From positions 12,152,001-12,216,000 of the forward strand of contig OX597819.1 in NCBI GenBank assembly GCA_951406725.2: a DNA stretch of 64,000 nt, in the 5' to 3' direction. Made by a program: the position numbers and the translations under genes. Position 1 is the stretch's first letter; each line of letters begins with the position of its first letter. Under the pieces are notes generated by a model. The model saw nothing but the letters and a program-made list of their open reading frames with translations, was not told the origin of the DNA and did not search any database. Positions 1-13,148 of the stretch are shown in pieces. This stretch comes from Octopus vulgaris. Its lineage: Eukaryota.

Positions 1-182
1 CAAAAACTGGAATCGATTTCTCTTTCCTGCTGCAATCAGATAAACGAATGGGCAAACGAGCGTTCACGACCCGGTTACTTCTTTCCACATTCTCCGGATA
101 TAGGGAAGTCTCTAACATTTACCAGCAAATATGAATCTGGACACAGAACCATCACACCTATCCACGACAGCCAAGTGTTTAA

Positions 183-387
183 CCCTTTCATTACCGTATT
201 TATTTTGAGATGCTCTGTGTTTCTTTCAATTATTTTAAATATAACAAAGAATTTAGTAAAATATCTTAGTTATCATTAAGCTAGTGTTAGGAACATAAAT
301 TGTGACTGAGGTTTGGTGGAAGATTTTAATTCAGAACTTTTGAAAACAAGGCATTTGTACTACAGAGCCAGAGGCGGTTTCGGCCGG
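183..387. mobile_element. piggyBac-like MITE fragment
   Basis: Begins TTAA-CCCTTTC and interrupts the conserved intron block. The other end was not seen. Confidence 0.4.
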
Positions 388-825
388 AGGCGACATTACA
401 CAAACATGAATAACAGTAATTTACAGAGGAGAGGTTAGTTAATAGCGTTGACCCTTAATTAACGGAAAGCCTTTTGGCTAAATTACGGTATGAGTACCAT
501 AGTTTAAGATCGCCGGCCTTTTATATCGATACAGGATACAACACAAATATGTATGTTAAACACATACAAACAATAGCTGGTAATCTTTCAGTATCTGGTG
601 ATAGAAGAAGTAAATGGAAATTGAAGGGAAAACAAATAAGTCAACTTACTGTTAAACAACGTAGACATAGCAAAAAGTGAACAAAAGTATTTTTCTTTGG
701 TACTGAATTCCTCCACATAAATTTTTGGATTTAAGGGCACCGACTTTAAAATCTAACCAGTTTACTTCGCCTGTCATATCTCCTGGGACGATACACAAAG
801 TACGAATTTGTGTAAATACTAATTC

Positions 826-960
826 TAGTTTATTGGCCACAAGGGCTAACAAAAATCAAAGAAACATGCAAGGACAAATACAGGACGATATAAAGGTCCG
901 TGTAAACATTGAAAATAACAACGAATATATATATAACAAGTAAAACTCCCAATAGGGGAA
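826..960 (-). mobile_element. LINE-like 3' UTR sharing its tail with SINE family B
   Basis: Minus strand ends ...tgtatttgtccttg...ttagcccttgtggccaataaa, similar to the SINE tail at 31920-31970. Confidence 0.45.
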
Positions 961-1720
961 GGCGCTTCGAAAAGGTTACTCGTGGATAAATATGAAACGA
1001 ATAAATTGTCTGAAGTTCCAAATTGACGTTGTAATTTTGTTTTTACCCGCATCCAAATATTCTCCACATTTTGCGCGTGGACGTCCTTATTCGTCTACAA
1101 ACCCGTGGGCACGTTTACAAAGTCAGAAAACAGCACAGCTCCCATGACTTCAGGAAGCATTTTTTCACGCTGAGAGTTGCTGAAGCATGGAACAAACTGT
1201 CGGCATCAGTTGTTAGTTGTCGGAGCACTGCATCCTTCAAAACTTCCATGCTTTCTGAGATTCGCCAACACTACACCTGATTTTCTCCCCTCCTTACACA
1301 CACAAGCATGTATCTGACTCATACAATGTTCGCTTTCCAGACATTTTTACATTACTGCATGTACTTTATATGCACTTTCTGACAAGTTGTGGTGCATCTG
1401 AGCACTGTATACAATAATTTCAATATTATTATTATTATTTTAAACTCCTCTCGATGCACAATCATTTCGTGAGAGCACATACCGTCATTTAAGCATCCAA
1501 TATTGATGTAGGATCGCCGGCCATCACTCGCAATGTGACTCTCCCTGGAAGAATAGAGCAAGTCTGTACAATACGATCAGGCACTTCAACTAGGAAGCAT
1601 TTTTTGGAAATCCTTTCAATGCCACCGAAAACCCAACGGCCAGCTAGCGGTTGCCCATTACTATCAACTCCGACAATTTTGGAGAATGATTTCGGTGGAA
1701 GAACGAGAACTTAATTATCT
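960..1720 (-). mobile_element. Merlin (IS1595/ISXO2-like DDE) transposase relic, interrupted by a CR1 fragment
   Basis: Minus-strand translation across frameshifts: GRWVFGGIERISKKCFLVEVPDR...ILPG...HIASDGRRSY...HEMIVHREEFV...VHAQNVENIWMRVK. This matches the motif order of Merlin/IS1595 transposases. Confidence 0.8.
1102..1441 (+). mobile_element. CR1-clade LINE 3' end
   Basis: RGHVYKVRKQHSSHDFRKHFFTLRVAEAWNKL...SFK, then a 3' UTR and an (ATT)n tail. The empty site is visible at ~12815. Confidence 0.85.
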
Positions 1721-1791
1721 CCCGTTTAATTTGTATTTACTTCTTTCATCACCAGATACTGAAAGCTTGCCCAATGGATAATTAAACGTTA

Positions 1792-1950
1792 TCTTACCTT
1801 AACACATTTCTTCTCCTGAATAACTACCCATTCTTAGTATCAATCACAAACATCAACTGCTAAATAATTCTAACGCCGTCCACGAGGAATCGGTAAAAGC
1901 ATGGCCAGAGACTAAGATGGCGGTGTTATATATGAAATCAAGTCACGTGG
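1792..1950 (-). promoter_or_regulatory. Promoter/exon-1 module P0 (serves a ZF gene left of the window)
   Basis: GTCACGTG at 1942-1949, AAGATGGCGG (YY1-like) at 1914-1923, donor AAG/GTAAGA at ~1797. The CCAAT box is deleted. Near-identical to P2. Confidence 0.65.
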
Positions 1951-2249
1951 TCTACAGGCTAAGTTTTCTTTCGTTCTTCATTCGACAGAAAGTTTCGCCT
2001 GAAATTCTTAGTTTCGGATAACGTGAAATATTTTCTGTGTTGTTATTGTGCTGATACAGGTACACCATTGCTCGTCCGAAACCTTTAGTAGCAGGCACGT
2101 TTTGGATTTTGGAAATAGTAGTACAATATATTCATAGGCCATATCCTTGAATATAAGTCTCGCATGCTGAAACTGCTTCAGTCGATATACGCACGACTTT
2201 GAAATAAAAATCCCTTTCGTAGGTTGAACAGATAGGCATAGAATTAAAG

Positions 2250-3900
2250 TGAATCCAGAGGCCTAGTAAAGTACATGCACGGTGTAACCAGCTTACTATA
2301 TATAAGAGGAAAATATGACTTGCTAGCTTAGGATAATGGGGAGATCTACATTAAGCAAGACATCTCCATACCAAATGACTGGTAAATCTATGAATGTTCA
2401 CACTGAACGGAATAAAGATTTTAAATATTATTACAGCCTGTAAATCAGGCTACATTTGATGAATGGTGTAACTCCAAGCGACAATCTTTGGAGTGAAAAA
2501 CCTTCAGCTTTCTTACAAGAGATTCTGTACTTGTATTGTAACGGCTTTTCATGACTAAAATTAAATTTGGAGAGCTCCATCTTCATGTGAAGGTCTTTTA
2601 TCAAAATATGGAATATTGATGAAAACAACAGACAATTTCTTTCCATTAAGATCAAATTGAAATCTTTGGGAAATATGGAAAATGTATAAGTGAAGTGGAT
2701 CCGGTCTTTACAACAAGTTAATTGATATTATTGAAGTTTTGTTTTTGCTTTGAAATTTTAAACACCTACAGGAGTGGCTAGTTCATTGCTAGAAGATTGG
2801 GCACATGACTTGCTGAAGATATTTTCCTGATTAGTTAAGACTGCAGGAAGCCTTTTGAAAACAAAAGTGTAGTTAGGGTTAGTACAGATTGATATAGGGT
2901 TAAGAAAGTCGTTAGAAGATAAAATTAGATGAAGAGAAGGCTCACAATAAAGAAGTATCATTTCAATTAGTTGTAACCAAAGTTTGCTAGCTCTCAGCAC
3001 GTCTGAGCATTTGAGAAGTGGTAATAAGTTGGAGTTTTCCTTTCAGAAGGAGTTGCTTATCATCAGGATCAAAAAGTTAAACATTAATCAGGATACACGC
3101 AGAAAGACAGAGAGAGAAAAAAAATTGAAGGGTAGAGTTTGGTGAGAATGAAGAATATTTCTGTGAGGTAGTAACTGAAGGGACTTTGTTAGGGTTATTG
3201 GCCTTGGTAAGTTTGCAGCAAACTATGGTACTTAAGGACTTCGTCTGTGTGTACATGGTGGAATGGGAAGAAACGGTTTGTATAATGGAATTGGTTGCAG
3301 AGCCTTTTCCACAGAACTACTCTCAGAATAACATTGATTGAGAGAGGGAGGGTACTAGGATTCTTCATAGTCAGTAGTGATTCTTTTGGTATACAAAGAT
3401 CAGTTAGAGTTTAGGAACTGGCTAAGGATTATCTAGTTTGCAGGGATGGGTGATTTGGTTCAAGCACTGTAGTTGTTTTGTGTCTGAGCAGCTGGAGTGA
3501 TACTATGAAGTAAAGCATTCAGGGCCATGTGGGATATGGGTGGATATACCTAAGAGAATCAGTGCAGTCACTAGCCTTGACCATTCTGATGGATCAAGAG
3601 TGAAACATGACACTAGGGTAAGCTCGTTAGAGGTTCAGGTTATTGTGATGATAAAAAAGTGATCAGTTGACTTAAGAAGTGCAAAGATAACTATGGGCTG
3701 GGTCTGCATGATGAGAAAGATACAAAGATTATTCGGAATGAATGTGAATGAGTCATCATAAGATGGTTTTCAGGAATAATGGCAGTACAGAACTACAGGG
3801 AAGTTCAGTTCCTGTGTCTGCATGTTCAGCAAGTAACACATGACCAGATCCATGACAACCATAATAACTCAATAGTGTCATTTCTGAATATTCACTGTAT
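2250..3900 (-). mobile_element. Ancient decayed LINE ORF2 (CR1/L2/Jockey-like) that is part of the duplicated unit
   Basis: Residual motifs in the expected order on minus: KANNPNKVPSV (cf. KAxGPDxIP), TKLY...CVYPD* (cf. xLF...GxYPxxW), VVFINIPYFDK (cf. VFLDISKAFDK). Paralogs at ~13950-17050, 26935-28000, 33080-34950, 40090-41750 and 47990-48600. Confidence 0.5.
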
Positions 3901-4550
3901 CCTCATGACAACCATGGGGCTTTACATCAAAATGTTATAATATTGTTATACTTGATGATGGTCTATTTTGCCAATTAAACACCCTCTATATATTTGGTCT
4001 TCTCTTCAGATTTATCATTATTCTAGTTTCTTTGTTCTTTCATCCCTTATCCTGGGACCTCTTCAGTAACTCTCTATCCCATGTCTCTTCTTGTTCTTAT
4101 TCCATTTTGTCTTTCTCTGCTAAGCATCCATATATGTGCAACAATTTGAATCTGTATCTGGGTGCATGTGTATGCTTACTACATTGTTTGTACCTGTGTT
4201 TTTTATTTATTTATCTAATAAGCTACATTCCAAATTTCTCCATCATTAACAATACATTTCAGTAGATATATAACCAGTACGAGGAAATGATTTCCCACAA
4301 ATAACACAGCTGTATGGTTTTCCACCAGTATGAGTATGATTATGCCTTATTAAACACCTCATGTTAGAAAATATTTTGCCAGATTTCAGTGATGTGATTT
4401 CTCTCCAGTGTGTGTATGTATATGTCCTTTTAAGCTGCCTCTATTGGAAAATTCCTTGCTACAAACATCACAGTGATATGGTTTTTCTCCAGTATGCGTA
4501 AGTTTATGAACTAATAAGACAAATTTTTCAGATTTCCCACAAATTGCATA

Positions 4551-5582
4551 TTACAGTGGCTTTTCTCCACTATGAATATGGGTATGAGTTTTTAAGCTGG
4601 TCTTAAGTGAAAATTCTTTTCCACATATTAAACAGTGATATGGTTTCTCTCCTGTATGAATACGTCTGTGTCTTATTAAACTACCATTCTGAGAAAATGC
4701 TTTGCCACAGACGTCACAGTGATGTGGTTTATCTCCAGTATGAATACGTTTGTGATTTACTAAATTGCACTTACCAGCAAAGCCTTTTCCACAAATTTCA
4801 CACCGATATGGTTTCTCCCCTGTGTGAATTCGTTTGTGTAATGTTAAAACATATTTTTCAGGAAATGCTCTCCCACAGATTTCACAGTGGTGTTGTTTTT
4901 CCCCTGTGTGAGAATGTTTATGCCTTATTAAGGTACCGCTACTTGTAAATCCTTTCCCACATACTTCACAGTGATATGGCTTCTCTCCAGTGTGAATCCG
5001 TTTGTGGACTGTTAAAGATTCTTTGACGGAAAATACTTTACCACAAATTTCACAGTGGAAAGGCTTCGAATGAACACCTCTGTGTCTTTCAAAGTTACTC
5101 ACATTAGAAAATGCTTTCCCACAATCATCACACCTGTATGGTTCCTCTCCAGTATGAGTATGTTTATGCCTTGTTAAATTACCAACTTGAGAAAATGTTT
5201 TGCCACAAATTTCACAATCGTATCGTTTTTCTCCAGTGTGAACAAGTTGATGACTTTTTGCACTACTACATCCTGAAAATGTTTTGCCACAGATTTCACA
5301 GTGATATGGTTTCTCTCCTGTGTGAGTACGTTTGTGTGTATTCATGTAACCTTTATAAGAAAATGATTTTCCACATATTTCACAGTGAAATGGCTTTTCC
5401 CCAGTATGTGTACGTTTGTGTTCTATTAAATTTCCTTTTTGCGAGAATGCTTTCTTACATACTTCACAGTTGTATGGCTTTTCCCCAGTATGAGTGCGCC
5501 TATGAATAGCTAAATGGCATTTTGTAGGAAGTACTTTACCACAAATACCACATTTGCAATGTTTGCTCACTTTCTGAAACAT
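4551..5582 (-). CDS. ZF1: C2H2 zinc-finger protein, 12 fingers, 343 aa, intact ORF
   Basis: 12 tandem C-x2-C-x12-H-x3-H units with TGEKP-type linkers. ATG lies a few codons before finger 1 and the ORF ends KPL-TAA. Splice acceptor (ctaat...ttttctttcag/G on minus) gives an exon boundary at ~5711. Confidence 0.92.
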   Translation of the reverse strand: MFQKVSKHCKCGICGKVLPTKCHLAIHRRTHTGEKPYNCEVCKKAFSQKGNLIEHKRTHTGEKPFHCEICGKSFSYKGYMNTHKRTHTGEKPYHCEICGKTFSGCSSAKSHQLVHTGEKRYDCEICGKTFSQVGNLTRHKHTHTGEEPYRCDDCGKAFSNVSNFERHRGVHSKPFHCEICGKVFSVKESLTVHKRIHTGEKPYHCEVCGKGFTSSGTLIRHKHSHTGEKQHHCEICGRAFPEKYVLTLHKRIHTGEKPYRCEICGKGFAGKCNLVNHKRIHTGDKPHHCDVCGKAFSQNGSLIRHRRIHTGEKPYHCLICGKEFSLKTSLKTHTHIHSGEKPL

Positions 5583-7009
5583 TCTCTCAGTTAAATTTTA
5601 CAGTTTTATTCTTTCATTCTGAAGACATAAATTGGTTGATAAATCTCTACCCTAACACAGCAGACTTGCAGTATCCTCTGCAGAAAATCTTCTTTCCATT
5701 GGAAATATGTCCTGAAAGAAAAATAAAATAAATATTAGATACTAAGAAGTGGTGAAATGAGTAGCTATTCGTGTGGTATATGATTGGCTATTCTCAACAA
5801 TATCTCAATCATAGATCAGTGAGTCACAACAAATATTTATGTTGTCCCTCTTCAGGAGTAGAAGTGAGGGAGTAGGTATGTCCTGTTGGAAGTGGGGCTT
5901 GTGGTTCCCACCATAAAGGCAGTTTGTGATGGACAGCACATCAGAAAAGACATGTGAGACTGTACAGCAACAGATAGCAACATGGACATGGAGTTAACCT
6001 TGCAGATTGAGATAGAGAAAGTGGCTGTTTTTTCTGGACTGACAGGTTAGACTACCGTGATTCTCTCTTCCATCTTTTTCTTCCTTTACATCACACCTTT
6101 CATTCTTTTCAGTCAATGAAATAAGTACCAGGTGAATACTTGCATCCATGTAAATCCACTCCCTCCCCTCAAATTGCTGGCCTTGTGCCAAAATGCAAAA
6201 TCATTACTATTTGCTATTTTGAGAACAGATAAAACACAAATCTTCTTTAGCATAAAATCTATTTTTTTCCTCAGTCTCTAAATGAGAGATGAGAGAAAAT
6301 CATGACATATGTAAAAAGAAATCAAATCATTGTTATAGATATACTTGATGCTGAAGAATTACCAAAAAAAAAACATTTCTGCTATTTGGGACAGTGTTTA
6401 AGTAATACTCTGTTGGAGGTACTGTTGTGGGCCCATGGTTACTGGATTATTTCTGCTCAGTATTAATGTTTCGCATAATTATTGTCAGCAAAGTTTCAAA
6501 CATTACACTAAATCCCTCCAACAAGACAAATATTTTTGTCCTTAACTATTCATATGTGTCTAAGAATCTCAGAAAATGATCATCATCATCGTTTAACGTC
6601 CGGTTTCCATACTGGCATCATGGAAATATAGTAACAGTTATTGTTTGTTTTAGTTGAAATAGAACCGATTCCATTAATGTTTTTCTTGTTTCAGCCAATG
6701 GAATGTGCACATGCTGGAGTAATGCCTTGAAAGATTTAGTCCAACTCAATACCAGTAGTTTTTTTTTTTTAAATCTAATATTTATCTTCTTGGTTTCTTT
6801 AGTGGGAGTGTAAGTTATGGTGACATAAACAAACCAACACTGGTTGTCAAGTGATAGTGAAGAGATAATATAAAAGACACACACACACACATCATGGTCA
6901 TGGTTGATGCCGGTGTCACACACCTGGGTACTATTCTCATCAATATCTCATAATCATGGATCAGCAAGTCTCAACTTTATGTTGTCCCTGTTCAGAATGA
7001 AATTGCTGG

Positions 7010-7440
7010 CATTTAATTTACCAGAAATCAGTCAACGGGAAAAAAAAAATTCCAATGATTCCAGGATATGGGATGGGGGCCCAGTTTCCCACTCATCCCA
7101 TTTTTTTCTAAACAAAAATAAGGGGTTTGGAGTATATTATGAGATCAGGGTACTTGACTCCATGCAAAAAATCCGATTTTTTTTTTCTTAGTGAAAATCT
7201 TGCAGGTGAAAAGATCAGTGGGGATTGGTTGGGGGTTAAATTTCCGAGGCTTCCACCTCACTCCACCCCATTTTCCAGAACCAAGAATGGGTTTTGTATC
7301 AAATTAGGTTACCAGTATTCATTCAACGTAAAAAAAACTTTTCCAATGATTCTGGGATTGGGGTGGGGTGGTGGCTTTTTCCCAAACAAAAATCCGATTT
7401 TTTTTCTTAGTGAAAATTGTGCAGGTGAAAGGATCAAATG
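7010..7440. repeat. Unclassified interspersed repeat with internal direct repeats (also ~8245-8340 and ~47000-47640)
   Basis: Repeated aaaaatccgatttttttt-cttagtgaaaa and gggg-gaaatttcc-ccacccc motifs are shared between these sites. Confidence 0.55.
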
Positions 7441-7489
7441 ATACCAGAAAAAGATTTTTGTTCACTTTTTGTTGGCTATTGCCAATGCC

Positions 7490-8036
7490 TTAACTTTTAT
7501 CATCAGATACTGAAAGATTACCATCTATTGTTTCTATGTGCTTAATATACATATCAGTTTTGCATCCTGTGTCGATATAAAAGGCTTTCTGTTAAGGGTG
7601 AACCTTAATAACTAACGTCTCCTCTGTAAATTACTTTTATTCATGTTTGTCGGAGCAAATTTTTTCATTCACAAAATATACTTTCGAAAATTGGCTATAA
7701 TAATGTAGCATTCTACTCGCATTGCTGTGAAGGTATGATGTTATGGAGGGAAAAAAAGGTAGGAGAAAACAGTTACAGGTTTATAAATGTAAGAAAATGG
7801 GTAATTTTAGCTTAATAGCAAGACAGAATTTTTCTGTGTTTAGTGGAGCGGTGTCAACTTAAGGATGTACCCTGTGAAATGTGGTGTCTGTACTGTTCCT
7901 TGTAGGTTTGAATGCTTGGGTTTGTTAACTATAAGAATAACACTGGTCAGCAAAGAACTTGTCCCAAGGGAAAAAATACCTGTATCTTATAAGTTGTGAT
8001 TTGCTGATCTATGATTATGAGATATTGATGATAATA
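7490..8036. repeat. Inverted copy of ZF2 intron segment 12225-12770
   Basis: 7861-7962 reverse-complements to ~12302-12403 with about 3 mismatches, and similarity extends over ~550 bp. Confidence 0.9.
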
Positions 8037-9093
8037 TTTTACTTTTACTCCATTTCATTCATACAGGCAAAAACTCTCACCTGTTTTTTTAAGATGAATT
8101 TATCATTTGTCACTCTACACTTCATTACCATTAATGTCTCTAACCTCTGCATCTTCACTTATTCATTTCAAACTTTTTTGAATTTTCAATGTAATGCAAT
8201 CCACAATCTCTTGAAAATGTATTTAGCAAAATATATTTGAAAATGAGGGTGGGGGTGAAATTTTCGTGGGTTCCACCCACCACACATCTCTTTGGGACAT
8301 ATTAGGTCACTGGAATTCAGTCAACGAAAAAAAAATACATAATAATCTGATATTTTTAGTTATCATGTCATGAGTTAGTTGGCCTTATCTATCTTCATCC
8401 TTTCCATGCTATTCCAGGATTTACTTGTGTAAAGGGGGCAGATCCCAATTTGCATCATTCTCTATGATGGCCTTATATTTAGTCCTGGCTCCTTTCTACA
8501 CTTAGACTCTGTCCCTTTGACACCAGCCAGAGACCTGCATGCAGTGGATGAAGTCTTGTACGTTTCCCTAATTCTGTTGGGTTGCTAGTAGAAACAACAG
8601 TTTTCTCACTCAAACCATATATGATACATGTGACCTAACAAGTAACATTAAAAAGAAAGATTTACTAAAATTTCCAAGAATATTCTGAACATATTATAAA
8701 CATTAATAGTACTTTAATAACATTCATATACATAAATTCTTTGATACAAATATCACAAGATGCTTTTATATTATGTTTTCCTACAAGTCAGTGGTACGGT
8801 TTATCTCCATCATTAAAAGTACATTTATGAGTAGATAGATAATCACTGCGAGTAAATGATTTCCCACACATAACACAGCTGTATGGCTTTTCCCACTATG
8901 AGTACGATTGAGTTAGAAAATATTTTGCCACAGATTTCAAAGTGGTTTAGATTTTCTCCAGTGTGTAAGCTGCCACTACTGGAAAATTCCTTGCCACAAA
9001 CTTCACACTGATATGGTTTTTCTCCAGTATGAGTGCATTTATGAACTAATAGGACAAATTTTTCAGAAGATGCTCTCTCTCACACATTTTATG

Positions 9094-10127
<1,034 letters not shown>

Positions 10128-11712
10128 TCTCTCAGTTAAATTTTGCAATTTTATTTTCTCATTCTGAAAACATTGGTTGATAAATCTCTCTACCCTAACA
10201 CAGCAGATTGGCAGTATCCTCTGCAGAAAATCTTCTTTCAAATGGAAATATGTCCTGAAAGAAAAATAAAATAAATATTAGATACTAATGACTAAAAAGT
10301 TGTGAAATGAGTTGCTATTTGTGTGGTAAGTGATTGACTTATATTCTCAACAATATCTCAATCATAGATCAGCAAGTCACAACCTTTCTTCATGTTGTCT
10401 CTGTTCAGGATCAATAGAATATTCCCTAAGTCCTTATCATTATTATCTAATATCTGTTTTTGGTCCTGGCAAGAGTCGGACAGTTTGACAGGAAGCAGCA
10501 AGGCCCCACCAGGCTCCATTGTCTGTTTTGGCATGGTTTCTACAGCTGGATGCCCTTCCTAATGCCAACCACCTTACAGAGTGTATAATGCATTCTCCCC
10601 GAAGTAAACATTTCTACAAAAAATGCTTTCCCCCATTTGTGGTGGGTGAGAGTGTTATTGTCTTATTTGGCAGCAATAATTAATAATGTTTTCCTACATA
10701 TTGCAGAGTATGCTTCTATCACTTGTTTGAATACATCTGTGATTAAACAAACTGACCAATCGTTCACAGATTGAAACTAGGTAGAATTAGATAAATAGAG
10801 GATATCATTTAACATGGTCAGAAGGAGCTTCATAACAAATATGTAGAATTCTTTCCATTATCACCTTTCAATGTTTTTGGCTATTTCAGACACCGAGCTA
10901 GCTGATTCCTGAGCATACCTGGCTAAACACTTAGTGACATATCTATATTCACATTCTGACAAGGTTAACTTTGCCTTTCATTCTTTTCGGTCAATGAATT
11001 AAGTACCAGTTGACTACTTGCATTCAGGTAAATCCACTGGCCCCTGCCCTCAAACTGCTGGCCTTGTGCCAAAATCTGAAATCAATAATTCTTGTTATTT
11101 TGAGAACAGATAAAACGCAAACTTCTCTCACAGGGATATCTGTCTTATTCCTCAGTCTTTAGATGGAAGAGAGATGAGAAGAAAACATAACATATGTAAA
11201 ATCATTGTTATAGATATACTTGATGCTGAAGAATTACCAGAAAAAAAACCATTTCTGCTATTTGGGACAGTGTGTCAGTAATACTTTGTTGGAGGTACTG
11301 TCATGGGCCCATGGTCACTGGATTATTTCCATTCAGTATTACTGTTTCGCATAATTATTATCAGCAAAGTTTCAAACATTACCCTAAATCCTTCCAACGA
11401 GACAAATATTTCTGTCCTTAACTATTCATATGTGTCTAAGAATCTCAGAAAAATGTCATGCTAATATAGTAACAGTTATTGTTTGTTTTAGTTGAAATAG
11501 AACCGAATCCATTAATGTTTTTCTTCTTTCAGTCGGTGGAATGTGGCCATGCTGGGGTAATGCCTTGACAGGTTTGGTTCAACTCAACACCAGTACTGTT
11601 TTTTTAAATCTAGTATTTATCTTCTTGGATCTCTTTAGTGGGAGTGTAAGTTATGGTGACATAAACAAACCAATACTGGCTGTCATGTGATAATGAGGAA
11701 CTAATACAAAAG

Positions 11713-11749
<37 letters not shown>

Positions 11750-12150
11750 GGCGCAGGAGTGGCTGTGTGGTAAGTAGCTTGCTAACCAACCACATGGTTC
11801 CGGGTTCAGTCCCACTGCGTGGCATCTTGGGCAAGTGTCTTCTGCTATAGCCACGGGCTGACCAATGCCTTGTGAGTGGATTTGGTAGACGGAAACTGAA
11901 AGAAGCCTGTCGTATATATGTGTATATATATGTATGTATGTGTGTGTGTGTGTGTTTGTGTTTGTCCCCCTAGCATTGCTTGACAACCGATGCTGGTGTG
12001 TTTACGTCCCCGTTACTTAGCGGTTCGGCAAAAGAGAACGATAGAATAAGTACTGGGCTTACAAAGAATAAGTCCCGGGGTCGATTTGCTCGACTGAAGG
12101 CGGTGCTCCAGCATGGCCGCAGTCAAATGACTGAAACAAGTAAAAACAAA
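11750..12150 (+). mobile_element. tRNA-derived SINE family A, full length
   Basis: A-box-like tggctgtgtggtaag, B-box-like gggttcagtccc, internal (TA/TG)n, and tail ...gactgaaacaagtaaaa. Absent from the paralogous site at ~6890. Confidence 0.85.
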
Positions 12151-12777
12151 AACAATAAACATAGTCTTGGCTGATGCCTCTGTCACAGAATAGGTACCCT
12201 TCTCAGTGTCAGAAACCTGGCGCTATTATCATCAATAAATATCTCATAATCATAGATCAGCGAACCACAACTTATAAGATACAGGTATTCATTCCCTTGG
12301 AACAAGTTCTTTGCTGACCAGTGTTATTCTTATAGTTAACAAACCCAAGCATACAAACCTGCAAGGAACAGTACAGACGCCACATTTCACAGGGTACATC
12401 CTTAAAGTTGACACCACTAAACGCAGAAAAATACCGTCTTATTATTAGATAAAAATACCTAGTTTCTTACATTTATAAACATGTAACTGTTTTCTCCGAC
12501 TTTTTTTTCCCTCCATACCAACATACCCTCACAGCAATGTGAATAGAATGCAACACTATTATAGCCAATTTTCAGGTTTTTTACTGTCTTCTACAGAAAG
12601 TATATTTTGCGAATGAAAAACATTTGCTCCGACAAACATGAATAACAGTAATTTACAGAGGAGAGGTTAGTTAATAGCGTTGACCCTTAACGGAAAGTCT
12701 TTTGTCTAATTTACGGTATGAGTACCATAGTTTAAGATCGCCAGCCTTTTATATCGACACAGCATACAACACAAATA

Positions 12778-13075
12778 CATTTTGCGCGTGGACGTACTTA
12801 TTCGTCGGATCTACAAACTCCTCTCGATGCACAATCATTTCGTGAGAGCACATACCGTCATTTAAGCATCCAATATTGCTGTAGGATCGCCGGACATCAC
12901 TCGCAATGTGACTCTCCCTGGAAGAATAGAGCAAGTCTGTACAATACGATCAGGCATTTTTTGGAAATCCTTTCAATGCCACCAAAAACCCAACGGCCAG
13001 CTAGCGGTTGCCCATTACTATCAACACCGACAACTTTGGAGAATGATTTCGGTGGAAGAACGAGAACTTAATTAT
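12778..13075 (-). mobile_element. Second copy of the Merlin relic (segmental duplicate, empty for the CR1 insertion)
   Basis: ORF 12749..12934 contains HIASDVRRSY...HREEFVDPTNKYVHAQNV; near-identical to 1441-1720. Confidence 0.78.
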
Positions 13076-13148
13076 CTCCCGTTTAATTTGTATTTATTTC
13101 TTTAATCACCAGATACTGAAAGCTTGCCCAATGGATAAATAAATGTCA

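Noticed and set aside
2431-3000. Recurrent short ORFs (MILMERNCLLF..., MLRASKLWLQ...) as a second gene family
   Set aside because: Recurrence follows from segmental duplication, frames break differently per copy, and residual motifs fit a decayed LINE.
4607-5509. Plus-strand ORFs such as [14 protein letters not shown] over every ZF exon
   Set aside because: These are antisense shadows of the periodic C2H2 codons; their boundaries vary among copies and they have no independent support.
4551-5582. 84-bp periodicity as a CRISPR-like repeat/spacer array
   Set aside because: It is the 28-aa finger repeat in an open frame, in a eukaryotic context with no cas genes.
10128-10241. N-terminal extensions of ZF2 and ZF7 in the ORF track
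   Set aside because: They begin at non-ATG codons in leader sequence that is out of frame or stopped in other paralogs.
11750-11830. tRNA gene
   Set aside because: The A/B boxes are the head of a multi-copy SINE, with no full cloverleaf.
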